Positions 40,830 to 51,475 are shown, numbered from the stretch's first letter. The stretch is DNA of 64,000 nt from Calditrichia bacterium (GCA_050633245.1 JBOEGD010000027.1:134624-198623); one strand, 5' to 3'. The notes: generated by a model not told the origin, from the letters alone. A program made the numbers and translations.

Positions 40830-42001
40830 AAAACGTCTTCTGCAATAGCTTTCATGTTGCTAACAACGTGATCCTGCTCTTCATCAGTCATCTGAGCATA
40901 AAGCGGCAGAGACAGAGAGAGGCGATCGCAAATAAAAGCATTTGGAAAATCAGTATCAGAAATTCCATAGTTTTTCTGATAATAACCTAATAGTGTAACA
41001 GCATGCGTTCCCTGCCTGGTTGAAATACCAATGTCTTCCATACGCATCATCAGATCATTGCGAAGGTCGTGCAGTTTTGCTGTGTTCTCAAGCGTAATCT
41101 CTTCCGGTTGGAACAAGCAAACATAAGACTGATAGCCGTGTTCACAATTGTCCGGCACATGCGGCAGCTCAAGCCAGTCGACATCAGCAAGCAGTTCATC
41201 GTAGCGTTTTGCACGTGTGGTGCGCTGCTTTTGAATCCACTCTGCTTTTTTTAACTGCTCAATTCCCATCGCTCCCTGCATGTCGGTCATGCGATAGTTA
41301 AAGCCTAAAACATTGAACTCCGAGAGCAAAAAGGCTGCTTTACCGGTATGTCGGGCAAGGTCAGACTTATTCGCACCATGATCACGGAGTGAACGACAGA
41401 GCTTTGCATGATCGGCATTATTAGTAAGAAGCATTCCACCTTCACCGGTGGTGATTGCCTTACGCGGGTGAAAGCTAAAACATCCCATGTCTCCGATATG
41501 GCCTACATGTGTTCCGTTATAATACGCTCCAAATCCACAGGCTGCATCTTCGATTACACCGAGGTTATGGCGACGAGCAATGTCTAGAATTGGATTCATA
41601 TCTGCTGCAAGGCCGAACAAATGAACAGGGATTATCGCGCGCGTTTTCGGCGTAATCAGCGCTTCGATTTTCGTAGGATCAATATTAAATGTTTGGGGAT
41701 CAACATCACAGAAAACGACCTTTCCACCCATATATTCAACCACGTTAGCTGTGGCAACCCATGTAAAGGCCGGCACAATTACTTCATCTCCCGGTTGAAT
41801 ATGCAGGGCTGCAGCGGCCATGTGTAATGCGGTTGTGCATGAGGTACAGGCAATGGCGTCTTTCGCACCGGTAAACTCGGCAAACTTGTCTTCGAACTCC
41901 TTTACATATGGTCCCTGAACAACCCAACCGGTTTTTAGCGGCTCTTGAATGGCCGCCATTTCCTTTTCATCAAGAACAGTCTTGGTTATTGGAATTTTCA
42001 T
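40817..42001 (-). CDS. DegT/DnrJ/EryC1/StrS sugar aminotransferase
   Basis: PVHLFG, EDAAC, FSFHPRKAITTGEGG, GFNYRM. Confidence 0.95.
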   Translation of the reverse strand: MKIPITKTVLDEKEMAAIQEPLKTGWVVQGPYVKEFEDKFAEFTGAKDAIACTSCTTALHMAAAALHIQPGDEVIVPAFTWVATANVVEYMGGKVVFCDVDPQTFNIDPTKIEALITPKTRAIIPVHLFGLAADMNPILDIARRHNLGVIEDAACGFGAYYNGTHVGHIGDMGCFSFHPRKAITTGEGGMLLTNNADHAKLCRSLRDHGANKSDLARHTGKAAFLLSEFNVLGFNYRMTDMQGAMGIEQLKKAEWIQKQRTTRAKRYDELLADVDWLELPHVPDNCEHGYQSYVCLFQPEEITLENTAKLHDLRNDLMMRMEDIGISTRQGTHAVTLLGYYQKNYGISDTDFPNAFICDRLSLSLPLYAQMTDEEQDHVVSNMKAIAEDVLCAV

Positions 42002-42029
42002 AGATCACTTTCACGTTTAAGAATATGGG

Positions 42030-43019
42030 TTACGCTTGCAGTGCGCGCTCACGCACCAAGTCGATATGCGCACGTCTCCACTCTATCAGCTTGCGAAGAC
42101 CTTCATCCAAATCGGTCTGAGTACGGAAGCCGATTTGCGTTTCGGCTTTGTCTGTGCTGCCAATACGATTGGTAACAAAAGTTTGACCGGCAGGCTCATA
42201 TTGGATTTCCAAATCTGAGCCGGTCAGATCCAGCAGCTTCTGACAAAGTTCTTTTATCGACGTTCGTGTGCCGCTACCCACATTGTAAAATTCATCACTA
42301 ACTTCACTTTTAAGAGCGCAAACATTGGCACGTGCAACATCTTCGACAAAGATGAAGTCGTAGCTTTGGGAGCCGTCACCATAGACTATCGGCGGCAATC
42401 CCTGATCGATGCGATCAAGAATCTTCATGATAACTGCAATATAGGTTCCCTTATAGTCCTGTCGCGGACCGTAAACGTTCATGTAGCGTAATCCGGCATA
42501 AGACAAGCCGTAGCGGTCGTTAAAAGCACGACACATTGCTTCACCAGCAATCTTGGTTGCACCGTAGAACGTGCGATTATTGTAGGGGTGATCTTCCGTC
42601 ATTGGAAGTTCAACGGCATCTCCGTAAACAGAGGCAGAAGAAGACCAAACCAGCCGTTCAATATTATAATCTCTACAGGCTTCCAGAATGTTAAAGGTTC
42701 CGCGAATGTTTACATCGAAGGCCGCACGAGGATAATCATAACATTGCAGTAACCAAAGTGCTGCCAGATGGATTACCGCATCGGCCTCTTTAACGGCTGA
42801 GTTCAGTACATCGGTTTGAAGAATATCTCCACCTACATCATAGATACGAACGCGCGGATCCTCGAGCGACTCCTTTAGATTTTCGCGTGAACCGCGACAG
42901 AAGTTATCGAACACGATCACTTCTTTTACATCTTCCAGAAGAAGCTGATCTACAACGTGCGAGCCGATAAAGCCGGCTCCGCCGACCACTAAAATTTTCT
43001 TGCCGGATATTTCAGGCAT
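42030..43019 (-). CDS. NAD-dependent nucleotide-sugar epimerase/dehydratase
   Basis: GGAGFIG, SSSASVYG, YGATK, RYMNVYGPRQ. Confidence 0.93.
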   Translation of the reverse strand: MPEISGKKILVVGGAGFIGSHVVDQLLLEDVKEVIVFDNFCRGSRENLKESLEDPRVRIYDVGGDILQTDVLNSAVKEADAVIHLAALWLLQCYDYPRAAFDVNIRGTFNILEACRDYNIERLVWSSSASVYGDAVELPMTEDHPYNNRTFYGATKIAGEAMCRAFNDRYGLSYAGLRYMNVYGPRQDYKGTYIAVIMKILDRIDQGLPPIVYGDGSQSYDFIFVEDVARANVCALKSEVSDEFYNVGSGTRTSIKELCQKLLDLTGSDLEIQYEPAGQTFVTNRIGSTDKAETQIGFRTQTDLDEGLRKLIEWRRAHIDLVRERALQA

Positions 43020-43046
43020 GTAAACCTCCTTAAATAAAACGGATTG

Positions 43047-44474
43047 CTAATTGCCACCGATGCCGGCATCTGTTACAAGAGCCGTCTCGAAAGGCGTGTA
43101 ATTCACAAATCGGATAGAGGAGTCGTTTGGACGATCGTTACGATCGAAGATCAGCATGTCTATTGCGCTGATGTCCACTGTCCCCCAGTAATTATTTAGT
43201 GCATCGACGGTCTGAAGCGCAGTAGTATTCTCAAGCTCAAGCGCATACTGACCGGTATTCATGAAATTGTTAAAGTTGACATTCACGTCAATACTGGGCA
43301 CCGGGTGTGACACCGGCTCTAAATGAATATGCTTATCGGCATCTTCAAATTGATTATGATGGATTTGCACAATGCTGTTTGGCCCGAGCAAAATCTGCTG
43401 TTCACCACCACGAAACAGGTTGTTGCGAATTTCAAAGACGGTATTTCCATTAGAACTACCACATTCAATCCCTTCTCGCTGTATCAGAAAGGTATTTTTT
43501 TCAATTACCCCCTGCTGATTAATGCTGGCCAGGATATCGGTATCGTTGTTAAGATAAATCGAGTTATCGCAATTGAATGAGTTCATTTGCTCAAGATTTA
43601 CACCTGCGCGTGAATCCCGAATTAAGGAGCGACTAATGCTACTTACTGAAGAGATGAAATTAGCTCCAGTGCCACTAGCGTCGCGAAACATACAGTCTGC
43701 GAAGGCCAGAGAGGCAGTTAATACCTGAACACGCAAATCGTCTAAAGCAATTAGTCCGCGAACTGTCAGGTTATTTTGCCCCTGAAAGTTTAGCCCTGAA
43801 ATAGAATTTTGCGTAAAGGCGGTGGTTATAACAGTAAGTGTGGTAGATGGTTGAAAATTCAAATCCGACCGAACCGTCAGGCTAAAGACGCTATTTGTAA
43901 AGATTAAATAATTGGTGCCTGAAAACGCAAGTGCTGAGCTGGATTCGATCTGTGTATTTCCGATTATCTCAACAGCCGCATCTGTTATGTTTAACGATTG
44001 ATTGGCAATTAAACCCTGCAACACAACTTTAGGATTTACCTGAATGCCACGTGGGTTTCCCGGCACTTCAACATCGGTTTCAATACGTAGTCCCACTTTT
44101 CCACCGCGATAGACAATGTTGTAATTACCCGGATCCATATCATCAATATTCCATGAACCGTCAGCAGAAGTCACGGTGCTGTATTCGGGAATTTGTCCAG
44201 TCGGGTTAAACTCCGTCATTTGCCCAACTGCAGGTCCACTACCGCTATAGGCATCAGATGCTGCTTGCAAATTCTCATCAATTTCAGCAATCGGATATAT
44301 TTCTACCGCTATGCCCGCATGGTCGCTTTCAGAATTTACGGTGATCGTTCCACGTAAAGACTCTTTAGTGTTTCCTGTGGGATCATCGCCGGAGCAAGAC
44401 AGAGCGAATCCACCCAATAGTAAAAAGCAAAGCAGTGTGAATACAGATCGAATACGTTTTGTCAAATTAAACAT
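43047..44474 (-). CDS. Putative lipoprotein with right-handed beta-helix repeats
   Basis: Lipobox FALS-C after hydrophobic stretch; Asn/Ile-rich repeats (IRNNLF, IHHNQF, VNFNNF), DALNNYWG; ATG 44474 with GAGG RBS. Confidence 0.7.
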   Translation of the reverse strand: MFNLTKRIRSVFTLLCFLLLGGFALSCSGDDPTGNTKESLRGTITVNSESDHAGIAVEIYPIAEIDENLQAASDAYSGSGPAVGQMTEFNPTGQIPEYSTVTSADGSWNIDDMDPGNYNIVYRGGKVGLRIETDVEVPGNPRGIQVNPKVVLQGLIANQSLNITDAAVEIIGNTQIESSSALAFSGTNYLIFTNSVFSLTVRSDLNFQPSTTLTVITTAFTQNSISGLNFQGQNNLTVRGLIALDDLRVQVLTASLAFADCMFRDASGTGANFISSVSSISRSLIRDSRAGVNLEQMNSFNCDNSIYLNNDTDILASINQQGVIEKNTFLIQREGIECGSSNGNTVFEIRNNLFRGGEQQILLGPNSIVQIHHNQFEDADKHIHLEPVSHPVPSIDVNVNFNNFMNTGQYALELENTTALQTVDALNNYWGTVDISAIDMLIFDRNDRPNDSSIRFVNYTPFETALVTDAGIGGN

Positions 44475-44554
44475 AATTGTTGCCTCATAGTGCATATTAG
44501 CGTTTTAGGATTGCTAAAAAATACACGCAATCAATATTTACTTAGATTCACATA

Positions 44555-45511
44555 TCACAACTTCAAGTTTGTAAGCTCTTCGTTTTCGAGCTGTTCTACG
44601 AACCATTTATATGTGGATTCAATTCCTTCACGAAGTGAAATACTATGCTGCCAGCCAAGACCACGCAGGCGTGAAACATCAAGCAGTTTACGTGGTGTGC
44701 CGTCCGGCTTGCTGGTATTGAACGTTAATTCACCTTCAAAGCCGGTTATGTCTTTTATCAGCTCAGCGAGTTCACGAATCGAAATGTCCACACCAGTGCC
44801 AATATTGACAATCTCGGCATCGTTATAAGACTCCATTAAGAAGCAGCATGCGGCAGCAAGATCATCTACGTGTAGGAATTCACGACGTGGTGTACCGCTT
44901 CCCCAGATCTCGACGCTGGGTTTATTCTCTACCTTGGCCTCATGAAACTTACGCAGCAGTGCCGGGAGAACGTGCGAGTTCTCATAATCAAAGTTATCGT
45001 TCTCACCAAAAAGATTAGTCGGCATGACGGATATAAAATTGCTGCCATATTGCATATTATATGCCTGGCACATCTTTATTCCGGCAATTTTCGCGATAGC
45101 ATAAGGCTCATTGGTTGGCTCTAAAGCACCGGTAAGCAGCGAATCTTCTCGAATGGGCTGATCGGCAAACTTGGGATAGATGCAGGAGCTGCCCAGAAAT
45201 AGCAGTTTCCGGGTTCCGGTGATATAGGCAGAGTGGATAATGTTATTTTGAATCTGCAGATTTTCATAGAGGAACTGCCCGCGAAAATTATTGTTCGCCT
45301 GAATTCCACCAACCTTGGCTGCGGCCAGAAAAACGATTTCCGGGCGCTCTTCTCGAAAGAAACTCGCCACGCCTTGCTGATCGAGCAAATTTAGCTCATG
45401 CCGATCGCGCACAACAAAATTGTTGTATCCCAACATCCGTAAGCGACGCACAAGGGCAGATCCTACCATCCCACGGTGCCCGGCTACAAATATTTTTGCT
45501 CTTTTTTCCAT
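44555..45511 (-). CDS. fcl: GDP-L-fucose synthase
   Basis: [51 protein letters not shown]. Confidence 0.97.
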   Translation of the reverse strand: MEKRAKIFVAGHRGMVGSALVRRLRMLGYNNFVVRDRHELNLLDQQGVASFFREERPEIVFLAAAKVGGIQANNNFRGQFLYENLQIQNNIIHSAYITGTRKLLFLGSSCIYPKFADQPIREDSLLTGALEPTNEPYAIAKIAGIKMCQAYNMQYGSNFISVMPTNLFGENDNFDYENSHVLPALLRKFHEAKVENKPSVEIWGSGTPRREFLHVDDLAAACCFLMESYNDAEIVNIGTGVDISIRELAELIKDITGFEGELTFNTSKPDGTPRKLLDVSRLRGLGWQHSISLREGIESTYKWFVEQLENEELTNLKL

Positions 45512-45523
45512 AATGTTCAACTT

Positions 45524-45549
45524 GGTTCAAGGTTCAAGGTTCAAGGTTC
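45524..45549. repeat. Heptamer tandem repeat (GGTTCAA)x3.7
   Basis: Direct reading, in the gmd-fcl spacer. Confidence 0.85.
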
Positions 45550-45636
45550 TGAACAGGCAATTGGACAATCTCCAACGCTGCTTTTCTCTATTCTCTATTC
45601 TGCCGTCTTTTATCTGCCGTCTTTACTTTTGTACTA

Positions 45637-46677
45637 CTAGCTGCCAGAGATCTCTTGCCAGTCTGCTCGTGTCATTATACTCACCAGCTCGCGGAATTTC
45701 ACTGCAGGCTTCCAGCCCAACTCGCGTTCCGCTTTGGAAGGATCACCAACCAACAGCTCGACTTCAGTAGGACGGTAATAGCGTGGGTTGATTTCGACAA
45801 CCACTTTACCAGTAGCAGCGTCAATGCCCTTTTCATTCTCATCCTTATCCGTCCACTCAATCGATATTTCCAACTCCTGAAAGGCAAGTTCAACAAACTC
45901 GCGCACGGTATGTGTCTCTCCAGTAGCCAAAACAAAGTCATCTGCAACATCATGCTGTAGCATTCGCCACATGCCCTCTACATACTCCGGTGCATAGCCC
46001 CAGTCGCGTTTGGCATTCAAATTACCCAGGCGCAAGACATCCTGCTTACCACATTTAATCTTAGCCACTGCACGCGTAATTTTGCGCGTCACAAAGGTCT
46101 CGCCACGACGTGGCGACTCATGATTGAATAGAATGCCGTTACAGGCAAACAAGTCGTATGCCTCACGGTAATTAACGATAATCCAATATGCGTAGAGCTT
46201 AGCAACACCATATGGTGAGCGAGGATAAAAAGGGGTCGTTTCTGTCTGTGGTACTTCCTGCACCTTACCGTATAGTTCACTCGTTGAGGCCTGATAGAAC
46301 CGCGTATTTATTCCGGTATCCTTAATCGCATCGATGAAACGCAAGGTGCCTATGGCATCAACATCTGCCGTATATTCAGGAACTTCGAAGGATACCTTAA
46401 CATGACTTTGCGCTGCCAAATTGTATATCTCATCCGGCTGCACTTTTTCGAGGATTCGATTCAGATTACTCGAATCTGTCAAATCGCCATGATAAAGAAA
46501 CAAATTTACATTATTTACCTCAGGATCTTCGAAAAGATGATCAATACGGGAGGTGTTAAAGGAGCTGCTGCGACGAATAATTCCATGAACCTCATAGTCC
46601 TTTGCCAGCAGAAGTTCAGTTAAATAAGAGCCATCCTGGCCGGTAATTCCGGTAATAAGAGCACGTTTTTTTGACAC
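45637..46677 (-). CDS. gmd: GDP-mannose 4,6-dehydratase
   Basis: [54 protein letters not shown]. Confidence 0.97.
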   Translation of the reverse strand: MSKKRALITGITGQDGSYLTELLLAKDYEVHGIIRRSSSFNTSRIDHLFEDPEVNNVNLFLYHGDLTDSSNLNRILEKVQPDEIYNLAAQSHVKVSFEVPEYTADVDAIGTLRFIDAIKDTGINTRFYQASTSELYGKVQEVPQTETTPFYPRSPYGVAKLYAYWIIVNYREAYDLFACNGILFNHESPRRGETFVTRKITRAVAKIKCGKQDVLRLGNLNAKRDWGYAPEYVEGMWRMLQHDVADDFVLATGETHTVREFVELAFQELEISIEWTDKDENEKGIDAATGKVVVEINPRYYRPTEVELLVGDPSKAERELGWKPAVKFRELVSIMTRADWQEISGS

Positions 46678-46688
46678 TGAGAAACCCT

Positions 46689-46854
46689 AATAAAATGAAT
46701 AGTGACGATTGAGCATTGACCAATAAAAATGAGTAGTGACGATCGAGCATTAACCAATAAAAATGATTAGTAACGATTGAGCATTGACCAATAAAAATGA
46801 TTAGTGACGATTGAGCATTGACCAATAAAAATGATTAGTGACGATTGAGCATTG
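46689..46854. repeat. 34-bp tandem repeat x5, no spacers
   Basis: Unit ~AAAATGATTAGTGACGATTGAGCATTGACCAATA; ATG register at 46695, 46729, 46763, 46797, 46831. Confidence 0.95.
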
Positions 46855-46898
46855 GTCATTGATGCGAATTACGGTGTGAAATCTCTATCAATATTTTT

Positions 46899-46987
46899 GT
46901 CCCGCCGAGCGGAGTCGAGGCGCTTAGACAAACAATTTATCAGCTTATTTTAACGAAAAAGTGCACTTCGACTCCGCTCAGCATGAC
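46899..46987. repeat. REP-like inverted repeat pair
   Basis: GTCCCGCCGAGCGGAGTCGAGG ... CTTCGACTCCGCTCAGCATGAC, near-complementary 22-bp arms with an AT-rich 45-bp spacer. Confidence 0.7.
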
Positions 46988-47064
46988 ATTTTCGTCTCTA
47001 ACGTATAACCAAAGCTTCATTTAGTAATTGATTCACTGCTCAATTTTCAATGTCCAATGGTCAT

Positions 47065-48207
47065 TTACTTCACTACTTCCAGAAGCGCATTGATAATAAA
47101 ATCCTGTTCATCTGCCTGTAAATAAGGATGCATTGGAACGCTAAAAATCTGCCTTGCTGCTTCCATCGTTTTCGGGAACTGTTCTTCCTTGTAGTTCAAA
47201 TAGCTGAAGGCGTCCTGAATATGCAGTGGCTTGGGATAGTATATAGCCGTCGGTACACCGTATTCCTTCAGGCGAGCCATAACACCATCCCGATCATTGG
47301 TTAGCAGTGAATACTGCGCCCAAACACTGGTATAACCATCCGGAACGGTTGGCGTAACGTAGTGATCTTTTAAAGCAGCGGTATAGCGCGCAGCAACCTG
47401 GTTACGAAGTTTAATTTCGTTATCGAACAGCTTCATTTTTTCAAGAACAACGCCGGCCTGCATACTGTCTAAACGACCATTGAGACCGATGCGAACATTG
47501 TCGTATTTATGGTCTCCTTTACCGTGAACACGAATAGACTTTAGCTTTTCAGCCAGTTCATCATCGTCACAAAAGATAGCACCACCATCACCGTAACACC
47601 CCAACGGCTTAGCCGGAAAAAAAGATGTGGTTGCCACATCACCAAAACTTCCGGCGCGTCGACCATCATATACAGCACCAAATCCCTGAGCAGCATCTTC
47701 CAGCACAAACATACCGTGCTTTTTGGCAATCGCCTCAATTGGATTGTAATCGGCGGCCAGTCCAAACAGGTCTACCGGAATAACACCGCGCGGCTTTAGC
47801 GGACTGTCAGATCCGGAGTAACACTCCAATGCTGCCTCAAATGCAGTCGGATCGATATTGTATGTGGACTTGTCGATGTCTACAAACACTGGCGTAGCAC
47901 CGAGAAGCGTTATCACTTCTGCTGTCGAGATAAATGTAAAGGGCGTCGTAAAAACCGCATCACCCGGGCCGATATCGTAGGCCATTAATGCCATTAAGAG
48001 TGCGTCCGTTCCATTCGCACAGGAAATACAGTGTTTTACGCCACTATAATCTGCCAGCAGGGCTTCCATCTCATTGATTTCCGGCCCCATAATGTATTTA
48101 CCATGATCCAAAACTGCTAAAAGTCGCTTTTCTACGCCCGCACGAATATGCTTCTGCTGCGCAGCAAGATCGATAAACTGAATATTTCTTTTTTCAATGA
48201 CGCTCAT
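47065..48207 (-). CDS. DegT family aminotransferase (WbpE-like)
   Basis: FIDLAAQ, PVDLFG, EDAAQGFGA, TSFFPAKPLGCYGDGG; adjacent to the WbpB-WbpD-like fusion. Confidence 0.92.
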   Translation of the reverse strand: MSVIEKRNIQFIDLAAQQKHIRAGVEKRLLAVLDHGKYIMGPEINEMEALLADYSGVKHCISCANGTDALLMALMAYDIGPGDAVFTTPFTFISTAEVITLLGATPVFVDIDKSTYNIDPTAFEAALECYSGSDSPLKPRGVIPVDLFGLAADYNPIEAIAKKHGMFVLEDAAQGFGAVYDGRRAGSFGDVATTSFFPAKPLGCYGDGGAIFCDDDELAEKLKSIRVHGKGDHKYDNVRIGLNGRLDSMQAGVVLEKMKLFDNEIKLRNQVAARYTAALKDHYVTPTVPDGYTSVWAQYSLLTNDRDGVMARLKEYGVPTAIYYPKPLHIQDAFSYLNYKEEQFPKTMEAARQIFSVPMHPYLQADEQDFIINALLEVVK

Positions 48208-48237
48208 AGGTTCCTCGTCTATTGGCTACGGTTTAAT

Positions 48238-49800
48238 TTAGTTTGCTTCTACCACTTCCGGCAAACGCCGGGCCTCTTCCTGTGTTGCAACTCGTTTTCC
48301 ATCGCGAGTCATCCAACCGATAACACGACCGGGATTACCAACAACCAGCGCATGATCGGGCACGTCTTTAGTCACTACGGCACCTGCTCCGATAAAGGCC
48401 GCTTCACCGATGGTTATTCCGCAAACGATTGTCGCATTGGCACCAATCGAGGCACCGCGTTTAACAAGTGTTTTTGTGTAGTGTGCCGCTCCACGCTGTG
48501 GGAATTCACAGCGCGGATTCAATACATTTGTAAAAACCATCGACGGTCCGCAAAACACATAATCTTCCAGCTCAACGCCTTCATAAATTGAGACATTGTT
48601 TTGCACCTTTACATTATCGCCGATACGCACATTATTTGCGACATTTACGTTCTGACCAAATGAGCAGTTCTTACCAATCTGCACATTGTTTTGAACATGG
48701 CTGAAGTGCCAAATTTTTGTGCCTTCACCTATTGTGCAGTTGTTATCCACCAAAGCGGTTTCGTGCACAAAGAATTGTGGTTTCTCGACCGGCTTGCTTT
48801 CAGCATCTTCTTCCTTTTCCGTGCTGTCTTCCATCCCTCGCTGTGCCAACTCCAGTATTTCCAGAACCTTAACAGCATGATTGCCGTCAGTTTCGCAAAC
48901 TTGTTTACCGAGCACGCAATCGCGGAAGGCTTCCTGCTCCAACTGTAGCGGCATACTGGCACCATAATCAATGGGCATAAATTCTTCATCGCGCTTAATC
49001 GGCTCGCCATTCACCCAATCAATTCCTTTTGGATAGAGAATCAGCTTGTTCTCGGTACGAGAATCTTCAAAAACCACCATATTCTTATCACCGATAACAA
49101 CCAAGCGATGCTCCTTAAACGGGTGCAGCCAGCTCACGTGAATATGTGCCTGAATATTGTTGGGGTAAGTCATTGCTGTAAGTGTTACATCATGAATTCC
49201 CGGCTGTAGAAACATTCCGCCACGAGCGTCAACACGAATCGGATCATCGCCAATTAAATATTGCAGAACAGACACATCATGCGGGGCAAATGACCATAGA
49301 ATGTTTTCTTCTTTACGTACCGTTCCAAGGTTTAATCGATTGCTGTAGATATACTGTAGCTTGCCCAACATACCGGTATCAATCATATTCTTAATTTTGC
49401 GAATTGCTGCATGATAAATTAACAGGTGGCCTACCATAAGCACTAGATTTCGGTCTTCAGCAATGCGAGTTAAATCAGCAGCTTCTTTCGAGAACAGCGC
49501 CATCGGTTTTTCCACCAGCACGTGTTTGCCGCTTTCAAGTGCACGTTTGGCCAACGGATAATGCGTTTCAGCAGGTGTGGCAATAATGATGGCATTAATC
49601 GACTCATCTGCTAAAACAGCATCCAAGTCTGTCGTAAAAGGAATATCAGCTGAAATATCTTCAATTACTTTTCGTCGCCCCTCATCGAGATCAACAACTG
49701 CTTTCAAGGCTTCTCCAAAACATTGGTGAGCAGTGCGCACATGATTGCGCCCCCAACGGCCGCTCCCAACAATCGCCAGGTTAAACTTTTTATCAGACAT
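48238..49800 (-). CDS. Fusion of Gfo/Idh/MocA dehydrogenase and hexapeptide N-acetyltransferase (WbpB-WbpD-like)
   Basis: N-terminal GSGRWG, EKPMA, FAPHD; C-terminal [37 protein letters not shown]. Confidence 0.92.
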   Translation of the reverse strand: MSDKKFNLAIVGSGRWGRNHVRTAHQCFGEALKAVVDLDEGRRKVIEDISADIPFTTDLDAVLADESINAIIIATPAETHYPLAKRALESGKHVLVEKPMALFSKEAADLTRIAEDRNLVLMVGHLLIYHAAIRKIKNMIDTGMLGKLQYIYSNRLNLGTVRKEENILWSFAPHDVSVLQYLIGDDPIRVDARGGMFLQPGIHDVTLTAMTYPNNIQAHIHVSWLHPFKEHRLVVIGDKNMVVFEDSRTENKLILYPKGIDWVNGEPIKRDEEFMPIDYGASMPLQLEQEAFRDCVLGKQVCETDGNHAVKVLEILELAQRGMEDSTEKEEDAESKPVEKPQFFVHETALVDNNCTIGEGTKIWHFSHVQNNVQIGKNCSFGQNVNVANNVRIGDNVKVQNNVSIYEGVELEDYVFCGPSMVFTNVLNPRCEFPQRGAAHYTKTLVKRGASIGANATIVCGITIGEAAFIGAGAVVTKDVPDHALVVGNPGRVIGWMTRDGKRVATQEEARRLPEVVEAN

Positions 49801-49828
49801 GCAAAACCTCTTAAAATTGATTCAAGTC

Positions 49829-50800
49829 TTAAAAATCGAATTCGAGCTCATTCACCCAAGCTCGATTTTGCTGATACCATTCTATCACGCGCTGAATTCC
49901 GGTTTCAGCATTCGTCAACGGCTCCCAATCGATAATTTCACGCGTGCGGGAAATATCAGACCAGGTAATCAGGTTATCAGCAGGATGGCGATCGAGATAG
50001 TTGCGTTTCGCCTTCTTACCTAACCCGTCTTCCAGGAGTTCAATAATTTTGTTCAGTTCTACCGGATTGTCGTCACCAACATTATAAATATTATATCCGC
50101 TCAGCGTCATTCCCTGTATGCTGGCTTCCGCGGCATCATCTACAAATGTAAAATCTCTTGCCTGTGTGCCATCGCCGTAAATATTGATCGGCACGCCGCG
50201 ATCTATTGCGACCAGGAATTTAAAGTAAGCCATGTCCGGGCGACCGGCAGGACCATAAACAGAGAAATAGCGCGGGATGCTGATGTCCATTTTATAAAGG
50301 AAATGATATGAGTGACAGAGTGTTTCCGCAGCTTTCTTGGATGCAGCATAAGGAGAGATTACCCGATCGGTATTGTCTTCTACGCGAAAGGGCGTATCAT
50401 TCAAACCATACACACTGGAAGTGGAAGCCTGCACCAGCTTATTTACACCGTAGCGACGACAGCATTCCAAAATATTCAGCGTACCTTGCGTATTAGTGGA
50501 ATAGTAGATCCACGGGTTTTCCACACTGGCGCGAACACCGGCACGGGCAGCGATATTAAACACACCGTCCAGCTGATGATACTGAAATAATAGCTCGAGC
50601 GAATCGAAGTTGACGATATTGACCTTGCGAAAGGAGAAGTTCGCATGTTTCTGCAAATTCTCTAAACGCCAGTTTTTCAACTTTATGTCGTAGTAGTCGT
50701 TTAAATTATCGACGCCAATTACAGTGTCGCCGCGCTGAAGCAGCTTGTGGGAAATTTTCCAACCTATAAAACCGGCACAGCCAGTAACCAAATAGACCAT
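49829..50800 (-). CDS. UDP-glucuronate 4-epimerase-like SDR
   Basis: TGCAGFIG, DNLNDYY, AARAGVRAS, YAASKKA, YGPAGRPDM. Confidence 0.9.
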   Translation of the reverse strand: MVYLVTGCAGFIGWKISHKLLQRGDTVIGVDNLNDYYDIKLKNWRLENLQKHANFSFRKVNIVNFDSLELLFQYHQLDGVFNIAARAGVRASVENPWIYYSTNTQGTLNILECCRRYGVNKLVQASTSSVYGLNDTPFRVEDNTDRVISPYAASKKAAETLCHSYHFLYKMDISIPRYFSVYGPAGRPDMAYFKFLVAIDRGVPINIYGDGTQARDFTFVDDAAEASIQGMTLSGYNIYNVGDDNPVELNKIIELLEDGLGKKAKRNYLDRHPADNLITWSDISRTREIIDWEPLTNAETGIQRVIEWYQQNRAWVNELEFDF

Positions 50801-51230
50801 AAATATACTCTTTGTAGTTGCATGGTGAGCCGGAATTTAGGATAAGCTTTTCGGCTTTGCCAACGCTAAATAACAATTTCAGGCTTAGAAACACTCTGCA
50901 ATATGCCCTTTTTTCCATGGCTCCGCCCCGTCAATTACAGATCGTGAATTTCTTCACCTGCATATCCAGGGCGCCAGATTCGCTGAAGAAATCATTTTCT
51001 TCACAGAAAACAATCCTTGTTTCGCTTTTCAAGCATAAATTTTTGAATGTGTGTCTCATCCGGAGACGGATCGCAGGAACCGCTAGATAGCAGAAAATGC
51101 TCTGCGTGTAGTAGGCGCTGACCGTGGACCTCAACCTTGAGGAGTGTATGCAGATTGTCGACTGAATGCACAAATACTTTACCCAAAGACATGTAATGCG
51201 CAGACAAATCTACAATTTTTGCAAGCCGGT

Positions 51231-51259
51231 AATTTAGAAGGAGAATCCTATTCTTGCAA
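51231..51259 (-). promoter_or_regulatory. Candidate sigma70 promoter for the polysaccharide operon
   Basis: Minus-strand TTGCAA-17 bp-TAAATT, about 430 bp upstream of ATG 50800. Confidence 0.5.
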
Positions 51260-51437
51260 GACGAATAATTCAACTACCAATCTTCACCATGTAAATATGG
51301 ATTCTCGTGTAATAATAGACCGGCGCGCCTAAGATAAGACACACATTTTTGAAGAATTGTGACGGGGGGCAGGATGATGGAGTGATATGTCCACTGCCTC
51401 ATTCACCCACGACAAAAGTCATCGGCTTATTCCACTT

Positions 51438-51475
51438 CCTTTCTGTCTTTCTGCCTTTCTGCCTTTCTGCCTTTT
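51438..51475. repeat. Octamer tandem repeat (CCTTTCTG)x4-5
   Basis: Direct reading; further short repeats (GCCCTATT) just downstream. Confidence 0.8.

Noticed and set aside
46689-46854. CRISPR array (34-bp repeats)
   Set aside because: Units are head-to-tail with no unique spacers, and no cas genes are in the window
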